In this document: positions 11,506-24,458 of the stretch, piece by piece
How the letters are laid out: each line of letters opens with the position of its first letter
How positions within the stretch are numbered: the first letter of the stretch is position 1
Origin: Octopus bimaculoides
Lineage: Eukaryota
Assembly (NCBI RefSeq): GCF_001194135.2
Contig: NC_068981.1
Coordinates: 12,353,163 to 12,407,299, forward strand
Length of the DNA: 54,137 bases
Direction of reading: 5' to 3'
Translations under genes and position numbers: made by a program
The notes under the pieces: model-generated
Seen by the model: the letters and a program-made list of their open reading frames with translations, nothing else
The model's database searches: none
What the model was told of the DNA's origin: nothing

Positions 11506-13333
11506 ATATACGTATCAACCAATATATCTATATTTATCTATCTAACTATATATATATATATATATATATNNNNNNNNNNNNNNNNNNNNNNNNNNNNNNN
11601 NNNNNNNNNNNNNNNNNNNNNNNNNNNNNNNNNNNNNNNNNNNNNNNNNNNNNNNNNNNNNNNNNNNNNNNNNNNNNNNNNNNNNNNNNNNNNNNNNNNN
11701 NNNNNNNNNNNNNNNNNNNNNNNNNNNNNNNNNNNNNNNNNNNNNNNNNNNNNNNNNNNNNNNNNNNNNNNNNNNNNNNNNNNNNNNNNNNNNNNNNNNN
11801 NNNNNNNNNNNNNNNNNNNNNNNNNNNNNNNNNNNNNNNNNNNNNNNNNNNNNNNNNNNNNNNNNNNNNNNNNNNNNNNNNNNNNNNNNNNNNNNNNNNN
11901 NNNNNNNNNNNNNNNNNNNNNNNNNNNNNNNNNNNNNNNNNNNNNNNNNNNNNNNNNNNNNNNNNNNNNNNNNNNNNNNNNNNNNNNNNNNNNNNNNNNN
12001 NNNNNATATATATATATATATATATATATACATTATCATAGGCACATACACACACATATATAATATATGGAAGCATCCACATATGTGAGGAACGTTACTT
12101 GGGTATGTGTGTATATCTATGTGCTGCACCATAATTGTGTAGATAAATGAATTATATTTCAGTAATAAGATATATCTTAATCACAGTGTGGTGTTATATT
12201 TCTATTAACGGCACTAAAATCTTGAGCATTGCATAGTTTTACGCTTTTCATCTTATTCTGTGACAATAATATACAGATAGAAACCGAAGCTCATTTCAGA
12301 ATGCCTCAGAAATTATTTATATCCTGATACATTTGACGGTTTTGGGAAAAAAATCTGATAAGAGCTGCGTGACCAATTTAGGGAAAGATATATATTAATC
12401 ATGTTATGCATGGTGTCCAACTATAATTATTGAGGTACTGTAAATGTCATCTTTGACGAACATAAACTTGCAGCAGCAATTGCTAAAGCAAACACCGCAT
12501 CCAAGTAGACGAAACACAAAAACACTCTCTGATACGCATACGAAAGCACACTCACACTTTCAAACAAGCTAGCGCACACACAAGCGGCACGTAAAGACAC
12601 ACGTCTAATTCGTTAATATGCCACCTATAAAAGAGAGAAGAATGACAGTATATATNNNNNNNNNNNNNNNNNNNNNNNNNNNNNNNNNNNNNNNNNNNNN
12701 NNNNNNNNNNNNNNNNNNNNNNNNNNNNNNNNNNNNNNNNNNNNNNNNNNNNNNNNNNNNNNNNNNNNNNNNNNNNNNNNNNNNNNNNNNNNNNNNNNNN
12801 NNNNNNNNNNNNNNNNNNNNNNNNNNNNNNNNNNNNNNNNNNNNNNNNNNNNNNNNNNNNNNNNNNNNNNNNNNNNNNNNNNNNNNNNNNNNNNNNNNNN
12901 NNNNNNNNNNNNNNNNNNNNNNNNNNNNNNNNNNNNNNNNNNNNNNNNNNNNNNNNNNNNNNNNNNNNNNNNNNNNNNNNNNNNNNNNNNNNNNNNNNNN
13001 NNNNNNNNNNNNNNNNNNNNNNNNNNNNNNNNNNNNNNNNNNNNNNNNNNNNNNNNNNNNNNNNNNNNNNNNNNNNNNNNNNNNNNNNNNNNNNNNNNNN
13101 NNNNNNNNNNNNNNNNNNNNNNNNNNNNNNNNNNNNNNNNNNNNNNNNNNNNNNNNNNNNNNNNNNNNNNNNNNNNNNNNNNNNNNNNNNNNNNNNNNNN
13201 NNNNNNNNNNNNNNNNNNNNNNNNNNNNNNNNNNNNNNNNNNNNNNNNNNNNNNNNNNNNNNNNNNNNNNNNNNNNNNNNNNNNNNNNNNNNNNNNNNNN
13301 NNNNNNNNNNNNNNNNNNNNNNNNNNNNNNNNN

Positions 13334-13646
13334 AACGTTTAGTATGGAAGAAGGAATGCGCAGAGGTAGTATGGAGGGGTAGACTATAAGTAGTGAGGGT
13401 ATGGGTGACAATCCAAAGACAGTATTAAAGGAAAAAAGGAGAGAGAGAAAGAATTAGTAGTACCATATTCTAACAAATATCTGTAAATTAAGTTTAGCTC
13501 TATTTTTTAGAATATGGTACTACTAATTCTTTCTCTCTCTCCTTTTTTCCTTTAATACTGTCTTTGGATTGTCACCCATACCCTCACTACTTATAGTCTA
13601 CCCCTCCATACTACCTCTGCGCATTCCTTCTTCCATACTAAACGTT
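13334..13646. repeat. Near-perfect inverted repeat: 146-bp arms (13334-13479 / 13501-13646), left arm truncated by gap
   Basis: Direct reverse-complement match with one mismatch near the loop; 21-nt spacer. Confidence 0.9.
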
Positions 13647-14330
13647 TACCCCTATCCCCCCTTCCTCCTTCGCTCCCAATACTCATTCTCTCTGTCCAGT
13701 CAGATTAACTGACCACAAAAATATCACTACCATCTGAATCACTTCTCTATCCCCTTCCCCTTCTGTCTTTAAGACTTGACCTATTTACCTTGCACACATC
13801 TCTCACTTGATTTGAGACATCCTTCAAGTAAACACACGCAGTATACTTCGGACACGATATGGCATATATCCACCTCTGCTATTCCAGCCTTTGCTACAGC
13901 AACTATCTCCGGAAAATTCCCACAATGATTAATTACACGGATACTTACTACTGGAATGAAGCTACACTCCAAATACTGTTCTTTCATTCTTTTTTCAGCG
14001 CATCACACTCACTCTCACTTCCTACTATAACTCTCCGCCTTTGGATATAATAATCGATTCCTTTACTATATCTTTCTCCGAAGAAGGGATGCATTGGATC
14101 TTCCTTGAAACAGCTGTAAGACTCTATCCATAAAATATATTTATAACTTTACCATTGTTCTCTTTATCCTTTTATATATTTATACATACACACGCTAATA
14201 CACGACTTATAATCCCCAACCTGTTCATACAACGATTGGGGCATAACTAACCGGTATACAACACTAACTTGGTATTACCTGTTTCTTTGGGTTTGGTTAA
14301 ATCCAATACCCTCCTTAACCTTATATATAT
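13501..14330 (+). mobile_element. Probable PLE 3' end / terminal repeat (family C) with an inverted 5' duplication
   Basis: Pyrimidine-rich segment carrying the HHR motif at 14075-14121; ends in (TA)n. No convincing ORF. Confidence 0.45.
14075..14121 (+). ncRNA. Type-I hammerhead motif, U4C-mutated (family C)
   Basis: TCT-CCGAAGA-AGGGA(...)TCCTT-GAAA-CAGCTG-TA-AGA; GUA triplet; helix III is the palindrome ACAGCTGT. Confidence 0.55.
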
Positions 14331-15105
14331 ATATATATATNNNNNNNNNNNNNNNNNNNNNNNNNNNNNNNNNNNNNNNNNNNNNNNNNNNNNNNNNNNN
14401 NNNNNNNNNNNNNNNNNNNNNNNNNNNNNNNNNNNNNNNNNNNNNNNNNNNNNNNNNNNNNNNNNNNNNNNNNNNNNNNNNNNNNNNNNNNNNNNNNNNN
14501 NNNNNNNNNNNNNNNNNNNNNNNNNNNNNNNNNNNNNNNNNNNNNNNNNNNNNNNNNNNNNNNNNNNNNNNNNNNNNNNNNNNNNNNNNNNNNNNNNNNN
14601 NNNNNNNNNNNNNNNNNNNNNNNNNNNNNNNNNNNNNNNNNNNNNNNNNNNNNNNNNNNNNNNNNNNNNNNNNNNNNNNNNNNNNNNNNNNNNNNNNNNN
14701 NNNNNNNNNNNNNNNNNNNNNNNNNNNNNNNNNNNNNNNNNNNNNNNNNNNNNNNNNNNNNNNNNNNNNNNNNNNNNNNNNNNNNNNNNNNNNNNNNNNN
14801 NNNNNNNNNNNNNNNNNNNNNNNNNNNNNNNNNNNNNNNNNNNNNNNNNNNNNNNNNNNNNNNNNNNNNNNNNNNNNNNNNNNNNNNNNNNNNNNNNNNN
14901 NNNNNNNNNNNNNNNNNNNNNNNNNNNNNNNNNNNNNNNNNNNNNNNNNNNNNNNNNNNNNNNNNNNNNNNNNNNNNNNNNNNNNNNNNNNNNNNNNNNN
15001 NNNNNNNNNNNNNNNNNNNNNNNNNNNNNNNNNNNNNNNNNNNNNNNNNNNNNNNNNNNNNNNNNNNNNNNNNNNNNNNNNNNNNNNNNNNNNNNNNNNN
15101 TATAT

Positions 15106-15145
<40 letters not shown>

Positions 15146-15206
15146 ATAGAAAGAGAGAGAGAAAGAGAGACGGAGAAAGAGTTCAAATGCTAACGGACCC
15201 GAATAT

Positions 15207-15320
15207 GCCTTTCACCATTTCGGTAGTTAATAAGATATGAATCAGTTGAGCACTGGACTGGATGTAGTCGACTTATCCCTGCTTCTAAAAGTGTTGGGCT
15301 TCTGCCGATATTTCAAATCA
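15207..15320 (+). mobile_element. SINE core/3' fragment (27165 family)
   Basis: gcctttcaccatttcgg...cagttgagcactggactggatgtagtcgactt matches the core of the 27165 copy. Confidence 0.55.
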
Positions 15321-15828
15321 CCACCACAACCATCCTCATCCTCATCATCGTCATTCTTAATATTGTTGTTTTCGATATTCATCATAAATTTAGTCTTATT
15401 ATTATCATATATGTATCTGCAGATTTTACAAGTCCGCGCGTACACACACAGAGTAACAAATGCAGAGATATACAGATTTATAAAGATATATGTGTGTTTG
15501 ATTGTGTGAGTGTGTGTATGTGTGTGTGTATGTGCGTGTGTGTGGAGTGAGGTTTTATTTATGTATGTACGTACATCTTCACACAATCATAAAAACAACA
15601 GCAAAAGCGTCCGTGTCAACGCAACCAGATCATTTCTTAGTTTGCTAGCTAAGCTGGATATACGTCGCTGATCACATCAATAAAAGATTGAGGTATATGT
15701 TGGTTCCTTTGAATACTAGATTTTAAAAAGCAGATCCAGACCTAGAAACATTCGTCAAGCTCTATGTGTTACATATATGAGATTCTAACACAAATACAAA
15801 CACATACACACACACACACACACACACT

Positions 15829-15863
<35 letters not shown>

Positions 15864-15916
15864 TGATATATATATGCATCTGTCTGTTTGAATATATGTA
15901 TGTTTCTTTATTTGGC

Positions 15917-15959
<43 letters not shown>

Positions 15960-16629
15960 TATATGATTGAATCCATGTTTGTATTTATGTATACTCCTAG
16001 TTTTTAATCTCATTACGCATTTACGGTTACATGAAAATAAACTACCATAGATTTTCATATTTCGTAAATTAATTATTTGACGTGATTAGTTTTAGATATC
16101 TTTCAAATTAATTTTCTTAACGGAAAACCAATACTGTGACTGTCAAAGCATTATTAATCACCAAGTAATATTATTTCATCAAAGCTTCTTACAGTAGAGA
16201 AATTTTTACATTCACTTTACCACTTATTGATAATCATGACACATTAATTCTTCATAAATTGTATAAGTGCATTTGACATGTTATCTCCATTGTGATGAGG
16301 CATGATTCAGAAATCCACCAATCCTGCCCCTTGCCCACATAATTGTATGAAAATGAATGTGCCAGTTTATTTCTTCGTCGTGTTATGTATTTTCTCTGCC
16401 AATATCCGCCAACGTTAAATGCGTTTTTTGCTTCCCTGTTCTTATCATTGATTTTCAGTAACAGGCAGATAGTGTTGATCTTAATATAAATTTTTATGTT
16501 TCATATTTTGTCTTTAACCTGTTTCAGTTATTAGCTTGTTTCTATGGTGGGTCACAACATTCAATGTTTATAGTTTTGTGTGTTTGTTTCGAGGACTGGA
16601 ATAGAAATTCACTTCAATTAAATTTTCCA

Positions 16630-18030
16630 GCAGTGACATCGAGGAAATGACGGCTTATATAGCTGATAACGAACACAAACTGAGGGAAAACCATCTGGGT
16701 GTTAATAAGACCATTATTTCCAGCATTGAAAGTGAAAGAGAAGGCCTTTTCTCTCTGGATGCTCCAGGTAGAACTGGCAAGACATTTGTCATCAACCTTC
16801 TTCTGCCTAAACGGTGCCAAATGAAACTCATTGCCATAGCAGTGGCGTCAAGTGGAATACCAGCAACTCTGCGAAGTGGTGGCCGCAGTGTTCATTCCTG
16901 TTTCAAACTCCCTTTGGGCCTGTCTAAGAAAGAGAAGGCAAACTGCAACATCAATCGTGGTTCTGGGTGAATGCAGGTTGATCATCTTGGATGAGGCGAC
17001 AGTGAACCTTAAAGTTTCCTTTGAAGCTCTTGACATGGCTCTTCAGGATCTCAGACACAACATAAGTCTCATGGGAAGTGCTACAGTCTTGCTTGCAAGA
17101 GACTGTAGACAAACCCTTCCCATGGTTCGAAAGTATACAAGAGCTGATGAAGTAAATGCCAGTATAAAGTAGCCCTACAAATAGAGCAGTGTGCAAAAGC
17201 TGGGACTCACAACCATCATGAGACCGTAGCACAGTTGTGGTGATCCTGACATAATCTTTTCAAAGCAAATATTGGACATCAGTAATGGCACTTCGGTTGA
17301 CGAGAAGGACAACCAGGTGAATCAGATTTAAAGAAACTAATGAGTAAGGTGTTTCTTAACCTGAGGAATCAGTTTTCAGTTAACAAATTGCGGCACAGTT
17401 GTCAGGTGAAGGCGGTGAGCTGCCAGAAAATTTAGCACGCCAGGCCAAATGCGTAGTGGTATTTCGTATGTCTGAGTTCAAATTCCATCGAGGGCAACCT
17501 TGCCTTTCATCTTTTCGGGGTCAATAAATTAAGTACCAGTTGCGTACTGGAGTCAATCTTATCGTCTGGCCCCTCCCCAAAACTTTCGGCCATTGTGCCC
17601 AGACTAGAAAAGGAACAGTTGCCAGGTAAGCGTCACACTACCATTCCATTAACCCTGAACTCAACATCGAAGAAGATGTGAATTATCTAGTTGAATTCTT
17701 GAAAAGCCTAACACCACCTGGACACCCACCTCACAACTTCCACCTCAAGATTGGGGCACCAGTTATGCTGCTTTGAAACCTTGATGTAACAAACACGACT
17801 TATAATAAAGAAGATGATGCCGACAATCTTGGAGACAATAATTTTGACTACTAAAACAATCGGTAAGCCTGTATTCCATTTATTCCCTCGGATATGCCTT
17901 TCCAGTATAAGCGCCTACAATTCTCGTTGTAAGTGGGCTCGGCAATGAGCATTAACAAGGCCCAGGGACAGTCCTTGGATGTAGTAGGTCTGAACCTTGC
18001 GGAACCCGATTTCTCCCATCGGCAACTCAA
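16630..18030 (+). pseudogene. Decayed Helitron PIF1-like helicase fragment
   Basis: DAPGRTGKT (Walker A), [83 protein letters not shown]...FSHRQL. Frameshifted and interrupted by a SINE. Confidence 0.85.
17408..17614 (+). mobile_element. tRNA-SINE inserted in the Helitron helicase, 13-bp TSD
   Basis: Head ggcggtgagctg...; core gcctttcatcttttcggggtcaataaattaagtaccag; TSD acagttg(t/c)caggt at 17395-17407 and 17615-17627. Confidence 0.8.
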
Positions 18031-18391
18031 AGGAATTCTCACTCTCTTCTTGAGAATCGATACCGATTTTAAACTAAATTATCCATTATTGATATTTTTC
18101 TGAGTTTCTCAGTATATATCTCCTATTCTCTCTTTATTTTACGTGTTTTTTCTCTCACTTGCACAAATAACATCTTACAACAGCCATTGGGTGCAAATAC
18201 GTCTGGAATTGAAGTAATACGATGGATAATGACGTGACATACACATTCAGAACAGCGATTATGGTCAAAGATGGATTGCACTTAATCATAAGTTTTCTTA
18301 CAAACAGCTGACATAACGTGAAATAAAAATATTTCCCACAATAATCATTCAGTCATAACATCAAATTAAACTCTCCTCGTTTCTTATATTT

Positions 18392-18439
<48 letters not shown>

Positions 18440-18532
18440 CTATTATTATATATATATACATACATATGTGGCTGTGGCTGTATGTCTGTGTGTCTATGTA
18501 TGTATGAAAGTGTATATATATGCATATGTATA

Positions 18533-18600
18533 TCTCTTATCCTTTACTTGTTTCAGTTATTAGACTGCGGCCACGGTGTGGCACGTTATTGGAGATTTCT
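18533..18600 (-). mobile_element. 3' fragment of the SINE family at 1735-2095
   Basis: tttacttgtttcagttattagactgcggccacgg resembles 1741-1775. Confidence 0.4.
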
Positions 18601-18641
18601 TCCAGTCGAATTGCTCGAACCGAATACAGTTTTTGAAGAGG

Positions 18642-18881
18642 AATAGTACTAGCTTCAGCAAATTAATTTGGTCCTTAAAGGATAGTAATGAGAAATATGC
18701 AATTACCTAGGAAATAATTTGTAGCGCGAAACCATATCTTTGAGGAAGTAAACGGTGAGAATTTTATGTAGAAGAAATTGACCAAATTCTTACATCAAAA
18801 TACAGATTAATGAACCACAAACTTGAGATCACACTACGAGGTCTACAACAGTGCAAGCATTTGTTTAATCAATATAAATAA
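18642..18881 (+). pseudogene. C-terminus of a PLE GIY-YIG endonuclease domain
   Basis: NSTSFSKLIWSLKDSNEKYAIT*EIICSAKPYL*GSKR*EFYVEE...LMNHKLEI...CKHLFNQYK*, matching the PLE pattern xSTxLSKxIWxLKD...WxI...AKPY...KRCxLC. Confidence 0.7.
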
Positions 18882-19392
18882 TTATGATACGTAATATTAA
18901 AATTTAGCAAGTTAAAAAGATTATGAAAAATATAAAAAAAGATTATTAAAAAAATTGTAAAAAAAGATTATAAAATATTATATAAAGTATTATAAAAACA
19001 GCAAGTTAAAAACATAATTAAGTATAAACCCCTACATAAATTAACCGAATTATAAAGAGCGAAAGGAATAATATGGGAATAAAATTAATGATATCCCTAA
19101 AAAAAAGTTAATTTAATTTAAAATTAGCAAATTAGATAATAAACTAATAGTTCATTATTAACAACAACAAGAACTGTAATAAGACTAGCCGTAGTGGAGG
19201 TGGAAATGACGAAAAGAATACTAACAATAATAAAATCAACAGATTTTAAGCAACCAGTTACGAAATATGAATAGTATTTCTAAATAATGGTTTGGTAAAA
19301 TACATTAACCTTCTACTGACCTACTTTCGGACAGCAATTTGCTGATTTTTTCAAGCAAACAGAGTCTCAGAGATGGGGAATTATGTACATTG

Positions 19393-19589
19393 TTTACATT
19401 ATTTACATTATTTGTATTTGACGGACATTTGTCTTCATAATAATAACAATAACAACATCGGAAAATACCTCGAAATTTTCCCAAGACACCTGATAAAGGC
19501 TGGAAGGTATATCAGCTGAAACGTTGTGTTAACAACAAAGAAGATGAGGACAAATATCCGTCAAATGTAAATAATGTAAATAATGTAAA
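19393..19589. repeat. 46-bp inverted repeats (19393-19438 / 19544-19589) enclosing an HHR
   Basis: tttacattatttacattatttgtatttgacggacatttgtcttcat versus the reverse complement of atgaggacaaatatccgtcaaatgtaaataatgtaaataatgtaaa. Confidence 0.8.
19486..19529 (+). ncRNA. Type-I hammerhead motif, G8A-mutated (family D)
   Basis: ACAC-CTGATAA-A-GGCTG(...)CAGCT-GAAA-CG-TT-GTGT; helix I ACAC/GTGT; palindrome ACGT. Confidence 0.55.
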
Positions 19590-19944
19590 TAAGAGTTGAA
19601 AATATTTATGGAATTCTGATACAATGTGTAGGAATAAGTTTGGTTGGACATATTATCTAATTCAGATGAAATCTGAAAATGATGAAAATTGTGCTCTGAA
19701 GAAGTGACATTAGTGATTAACAACAAAATGCACACCAGATGCAAAATTTGCACTATGCATTGACTTGCTACAAAAACATATGTAGGTAGGAACTGAAAAG
19801 ATGTAAATAACCGCATTAAGCCGGGATATAAATCTCTGTTCTCCTTAATATATATATATATATGTGTATTGGCAATAAGGAGAACGAAGGATTTGAACAT
19901 TCAAACTTTGTATTTTTTACAGTTAGTTCACTCATAATAATTGT

Positions 19945-20036
19945 CTGACACGTGTTTCGATCGCATTATTATTATTGCATGTTGCTGCATATTTTCATGC
20001 ATCGATTTATGCATTATTAGTCCGATCTCTTCAGGG
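19945..20036 (-). ncRNA. Type-I hammerhead motif with long helix-II loop (family E); canonical core, helix I disrupted
   Basis: CC-CTGAAGA-GATCG(~59 nt)CGATC-GAAA-CACGTG-TC; GUC triplet; palindrome ACACGTGT. Confidence 0.65.
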
Positions 20037-21096
20037 TATATAAATATAACATTGTTTAAAGAAGGATATTTCTCCGTTATTAGTCTGAATTAGGTTTAGT
20101 AGCAGTAGTAGTAGTAAGCCATCATGTTCATTCGATGAACGGTTATTCACAACTGATTGTTTGGGGAAAATTCAGCAATACCAGCAGAAGTGATTGCTGA
20201 AGTTGGCAAAAATTGTCGGACCCTTGGTGAGTTGTTATTTATATAATTTTCTTTTGAACAACCCTACATTTTTTATAGTCACATCGTTTTTGATGCATTT
20301 CACAGTTGGTTATACTATTAGAATTTTTGTGAAGGTTATTAATAGTAATAGTGGATAATTACTGTGCGGTAGACACCACGTGGCTAATAAAAAGAAGTAG
20401 GCAGGTGTTAATTCTTGTAACTTATTATTGTTGTTGTAACCTGTTTTTAGGTTAAATTGTATAGAATCTTATAAATTGAATTCAGTTCTTTTCTTTTTTA
20501 TATGCGCCTTAATCATTAGAGTTATTATAGTTTTATTTAGAAAGAGACATATTGAAATTGTATAAATTAATGCATTCTATTTAATTTTTTTTTTAAAGCG
20601 AAAACGTTTGTGTAAGCAATTAAAACTTCTTTCTTTGTCTAGTTTTACCTAATATATTTTTCGAAAAAAACATTTGCTATAACTCCACAATTATAAATTG
20701 CATCTTTCGTCCATTATTCTACAAAATTTCGCAGTACTAATAATTTCCCATTCTAATGAATATTAAATATTTTCATCCATAGCGACCATATATGCTTAGT
20801 AAGACTTATTGAAAATTTATTAAAATTATTTCTAAACGAACTTTCATGATTTGGTATTCTTTGTTTTGTAAAGAATGAGCTAGCTCCTATATAGTACTAT
20901 TTATCTTCATGTGTTATGTCTAAGAAGCTTACTAAATTATGTTCCTCTTCAATCGATATGCTAAGTCCTAAGATTTTGAAAAATTCGAAGAATGTAGTTT
21001 TCTATATCTCCGTTTCAAGGGTCAGTTTGTGTGAAAAGCGCATCATCTCTATGTAGACCTCCTTCGACTAGAGGGTATCCCTATTAATGCATGCTA

Positions 21097-21135
<39 letters not shown>

Positions 21136-21575
21136 GAGTAAACCTGTAACTTGAGCCCATAGTTAACTCAAATATATCTGGCGGATATTTCCTACTCCAG
21201 TTCTTATCTTCAACTTCAATGAATGAATTTCTAGTTGCCAAGATAACAACTACCTCATTTCTATTTAGCCCTGAGTTATTCATTGCATAAATTACTGCCT
21301 TATTAAGTAGAATAGCGTGAATTGAAGCGTAATTATTTGAGATATCTATTTGGTGGAATTTATTTTATCTTTTATATTCCTAGAATATTATTGAACCATT
21401 CAATTACTTCTAATGAGCAAGACCATAGCTCTAGTCTGATAGTATTTTTACGAGTAGTGCTGAATTTTATCCAAACAATCAGTTTGAACATGATGGTTAA
21501 ATAATACTGATACCACGCCTAATTCAGACTGATAGCGCCAGAAAATTCCATTTGGAACAACGGCATATTTATACA

Positions 21576-21662
21576 CCCTGAAGAGTTCGTACTAATAATA
21601 CATAAATATATGCAAATAGATATGCAATAATATTCCATGAATGCAATCAAAACACGTGTCGG
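21576..21662 (+). ncRNA. Second family-E hammerhead copy (G12A, helix II eroded, helix I CC/GG retained)
   Basis: CC-CTGAAGA-GTTCG...CAATC-AAAA-CACGTG-TC-GG. Confidence 0.5.
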
Positions 21663-22239
21663 AAAATTATTATGAATGAATCAACTGTAAATAAGCACTA
21701 AGTATGAATGTTGAAATTCTTCATCCTACTTATTATCAATAGTGTACTTTATACTCTAAATAGCCAGAAAAAACTGTAACATCGGATGGGAGCTACGGAA
21801 ATTGGAAATTTACCATAAGACGCATCATTTGAAGGAACCAGCCTTGACATTTTACATAGAGAAATCATGTAGCTACCTGTCTGGATATTATATCCTCCAT
21901 CTTACTGTATGTCTATATATATATATATNNNNNNNNNNNNNNNNNNNNNNNNNNNNNNNNNNNNNNNNNNNNNNNNNNNNNNNNNNNNNNNNNNNNNNNN
22001 NNNNNNNNNNNNNNNNNNNNNNNNNNNNNNNNNNNNNNNNNNNNNNNNNNNNNNNNNNNNNNNNNNNNNNNNNNNNNNNNNNNNNNNNNNNNNNNNNNNN
22101 NNNNNNNNNNNNNNNNNNNNNNNNNNNNNNNNNNNNNNNNNNNNNNNNNNNNNNNNNNNNNNNNNNNNNNNNNNNNNNNNNNNNNNNNNNNNNNNNNNNN
22201 NNNNNNNNNNNNNNNNNNNNNNNNNNNNNNNNNNNNNNN

Positions 22240-22289
<50 letters not shown>

Positions 22290-23894
22290 ATACATATGTG
22301 TGTGTTATTTTTATATTTACACATATACATTCACACGCATGCACACGCATGCACGCGCATACACATATATATTGTACTATTATTATACGAGTTGTGTGCC
22401 GTTGGATGAAGGAAAGTATATAACCCCGTCTAACATGCGTAAAAGTTCGTAATTTATTTCCTCAAAAATATTTATGATTAAAGTTTGGATAATATAGAGT
22501 CTTGGTTATACAATCCACAACTTAGATGACTTTCTTTTACTTTAAGTAATACAAGATTAGGCGATCAGTTCTATTTAAGTTTACAATTAATCAAATAACG
22601 ATTATTTGATTAATATAAAGCGAAAATACTGACAAGAATCTCTCATGAAAAACGCCCATCATACTTTAATTTCTATTTTCACTTATATCCACACTAACTG
22701 CTTTTATGAAAATTTAGACACAATTAAATTTTAAATTAGTCTCTAATGGCCAGTTAATGCACGGATTTTTGTTTGTGCTATAATGCAATTCTGTACGTAA
22801 TGTACATTACATCCCTGAATTTAATATATTCTCATGAAATGCTTTGATAGAGCTGTCATTTAAAGCTACACCCTTTCAATATTGATTTCTACCAGGCCTT
22901 CGATTTACGGAGAAAAACGACGTTGAAACTCTGTGATTTTTAGATCTTTTGCTTCAAGCAGTAATGACATAAGTGAATAATCACTATGTTTACAAAGGAT
23001 AGAGAAAAGAGTCTGGGTCACGGAATCATCTCAGTTGTAGTTCTACTGTGTTATATTGCATCCAGCACTTTATGTTTGATTTCTTTTGACTGTTTAACAA
23101 CAGCGGCAGAAGAACATGATATACAACACGCTGATGCCTTTCCAAAAGGCATTAAGCCCCATAAATGATATGAAGGAGTTACAACAAAAATAGAGTGATA
23201 TAAAGTGGTGCATGTTGCATTAACCGTATGCTAAAATATTTATCGAAAAGAAATCATGGATTATGTATACTTATTTATATATAAGAACGTATATACAAAC
23301 TTAAGAATTATTTGTTATTCATTGATTGAGGATCAATACAAAGTGTAGCAATATTATTATCATTCCTTAGTAGTTATTACGAAAAATATATATGTGTGAC
23401 GTTAGCATTGTTAATTTGAACGCAAATTGCTTATGAGAAAAGTGCCACTCGAAATACGCAATCAAAAATGGATAGAAACGATTATTACCGGATTTATTAT
23501 ATAATTTTTCTGAATCTAGCACGACCTGTAAACATTTGAGGGAAGGTTTCGTTATTGGGCAACGCAGCTTTCATTAATTGATTGTCATTTTATTCTATCG
23601 ACCTTACAAATAGGACGCTACACTCATACTACAATCCTGCATTGTTTGTAGTATCTGGCCACCGCATTTTGTTTCTTAATAATTTTATGCATTATGTATT
23701 CAGTGATATCGTGATCCCTCGAAAGTTTTACACTGTGAAATGTGATATGTTATTACAATTGCGATTCTCATCTCTTATTTCGGTCTAAGCTCTGAGTGGA
23801 TAGGTACCTGAAAGATACAAGATATTTTCATTCGCTTCACGAATATTTTTGGTAATTAACTACAGCCGTTATAGATGCTCCTTTCTCCTTGTAG

Positions 23895-24138
23895 ATGGGA
23901 GGGTTATTTATCAAATGTGGAAGCGGTTAACATTGTGTTTTGGTCTCTGCAATGGGCACTTCGGATTAGATAGTATTTGGAAAGTATGTCTTTGTTTTGA
24001 CATATTAGCGTATATCTTCATCGTTTCGGCAGCTTATATGACGCAGGCACTATGTCTGTGATAAAACGACGCAAGCATTGTGGACACAGCAATGGCCCAA
24101 GGACAAGAAGGTGCGTTTGAGTGCACACCTGCATATAG
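23895..24138 (+). other. Weak candidate exon (5'UTR plus start MAQGQEGAFECTPAY from ATG 24092)
   Basis: Acceptor ctttctccttgtAG; donor TAG|GTACGT; locally higher GC. No downstream in-frame exon found. Confidence 0.25.
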
Positions 24139-24384
24139 GTACGTCTGTGTGGGGCTGGGTGCAATTATATGTACGCAGCTATGTGTGTTTTTCCAGTAAA
24201 ATAAACCCGGTATTGTTAGTATACTATTATATTTAAGGCACTCGCGTATGTCTGGGTACGGACTTTTCCATATCTATCTATATGTGTGCATGTATGCATT
24301 CGTGTATTCTTGTATTTGTCCCAATCACATGCACAGACAGACAGAGAAGTAGACACAGATATACTTATATACATTATATATATA

Positions 24385-24458
<74 letters not shown>

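Larger units (their letters stand above)
19873..21735 (-). mobile_element. Internally deleted Penelope-like element with inverted terminal repeats (19873-20185 minus; 21450-21735 plus)
   Basis: Minus strand: ...WSRKYPPDIFELTMGS (FDVTMG-like), GLHRDDAL, FFKILGLSISIEE..VSFLDIT, then YYIGAS...NHESSFRN...SLTKHIWSL..EWEII...ERCNL (GIY-YIG). The flanking repeats align to each other in inverted orientation. Confidence 0.8.

Noticed and set aside
16200-16420. Minus-strand peptide LVDF*IMPHHNGDNMSNALIQFMK, reminiscent of a hAT transposase
   Set aside because: Too short and broken to support without a profile search.
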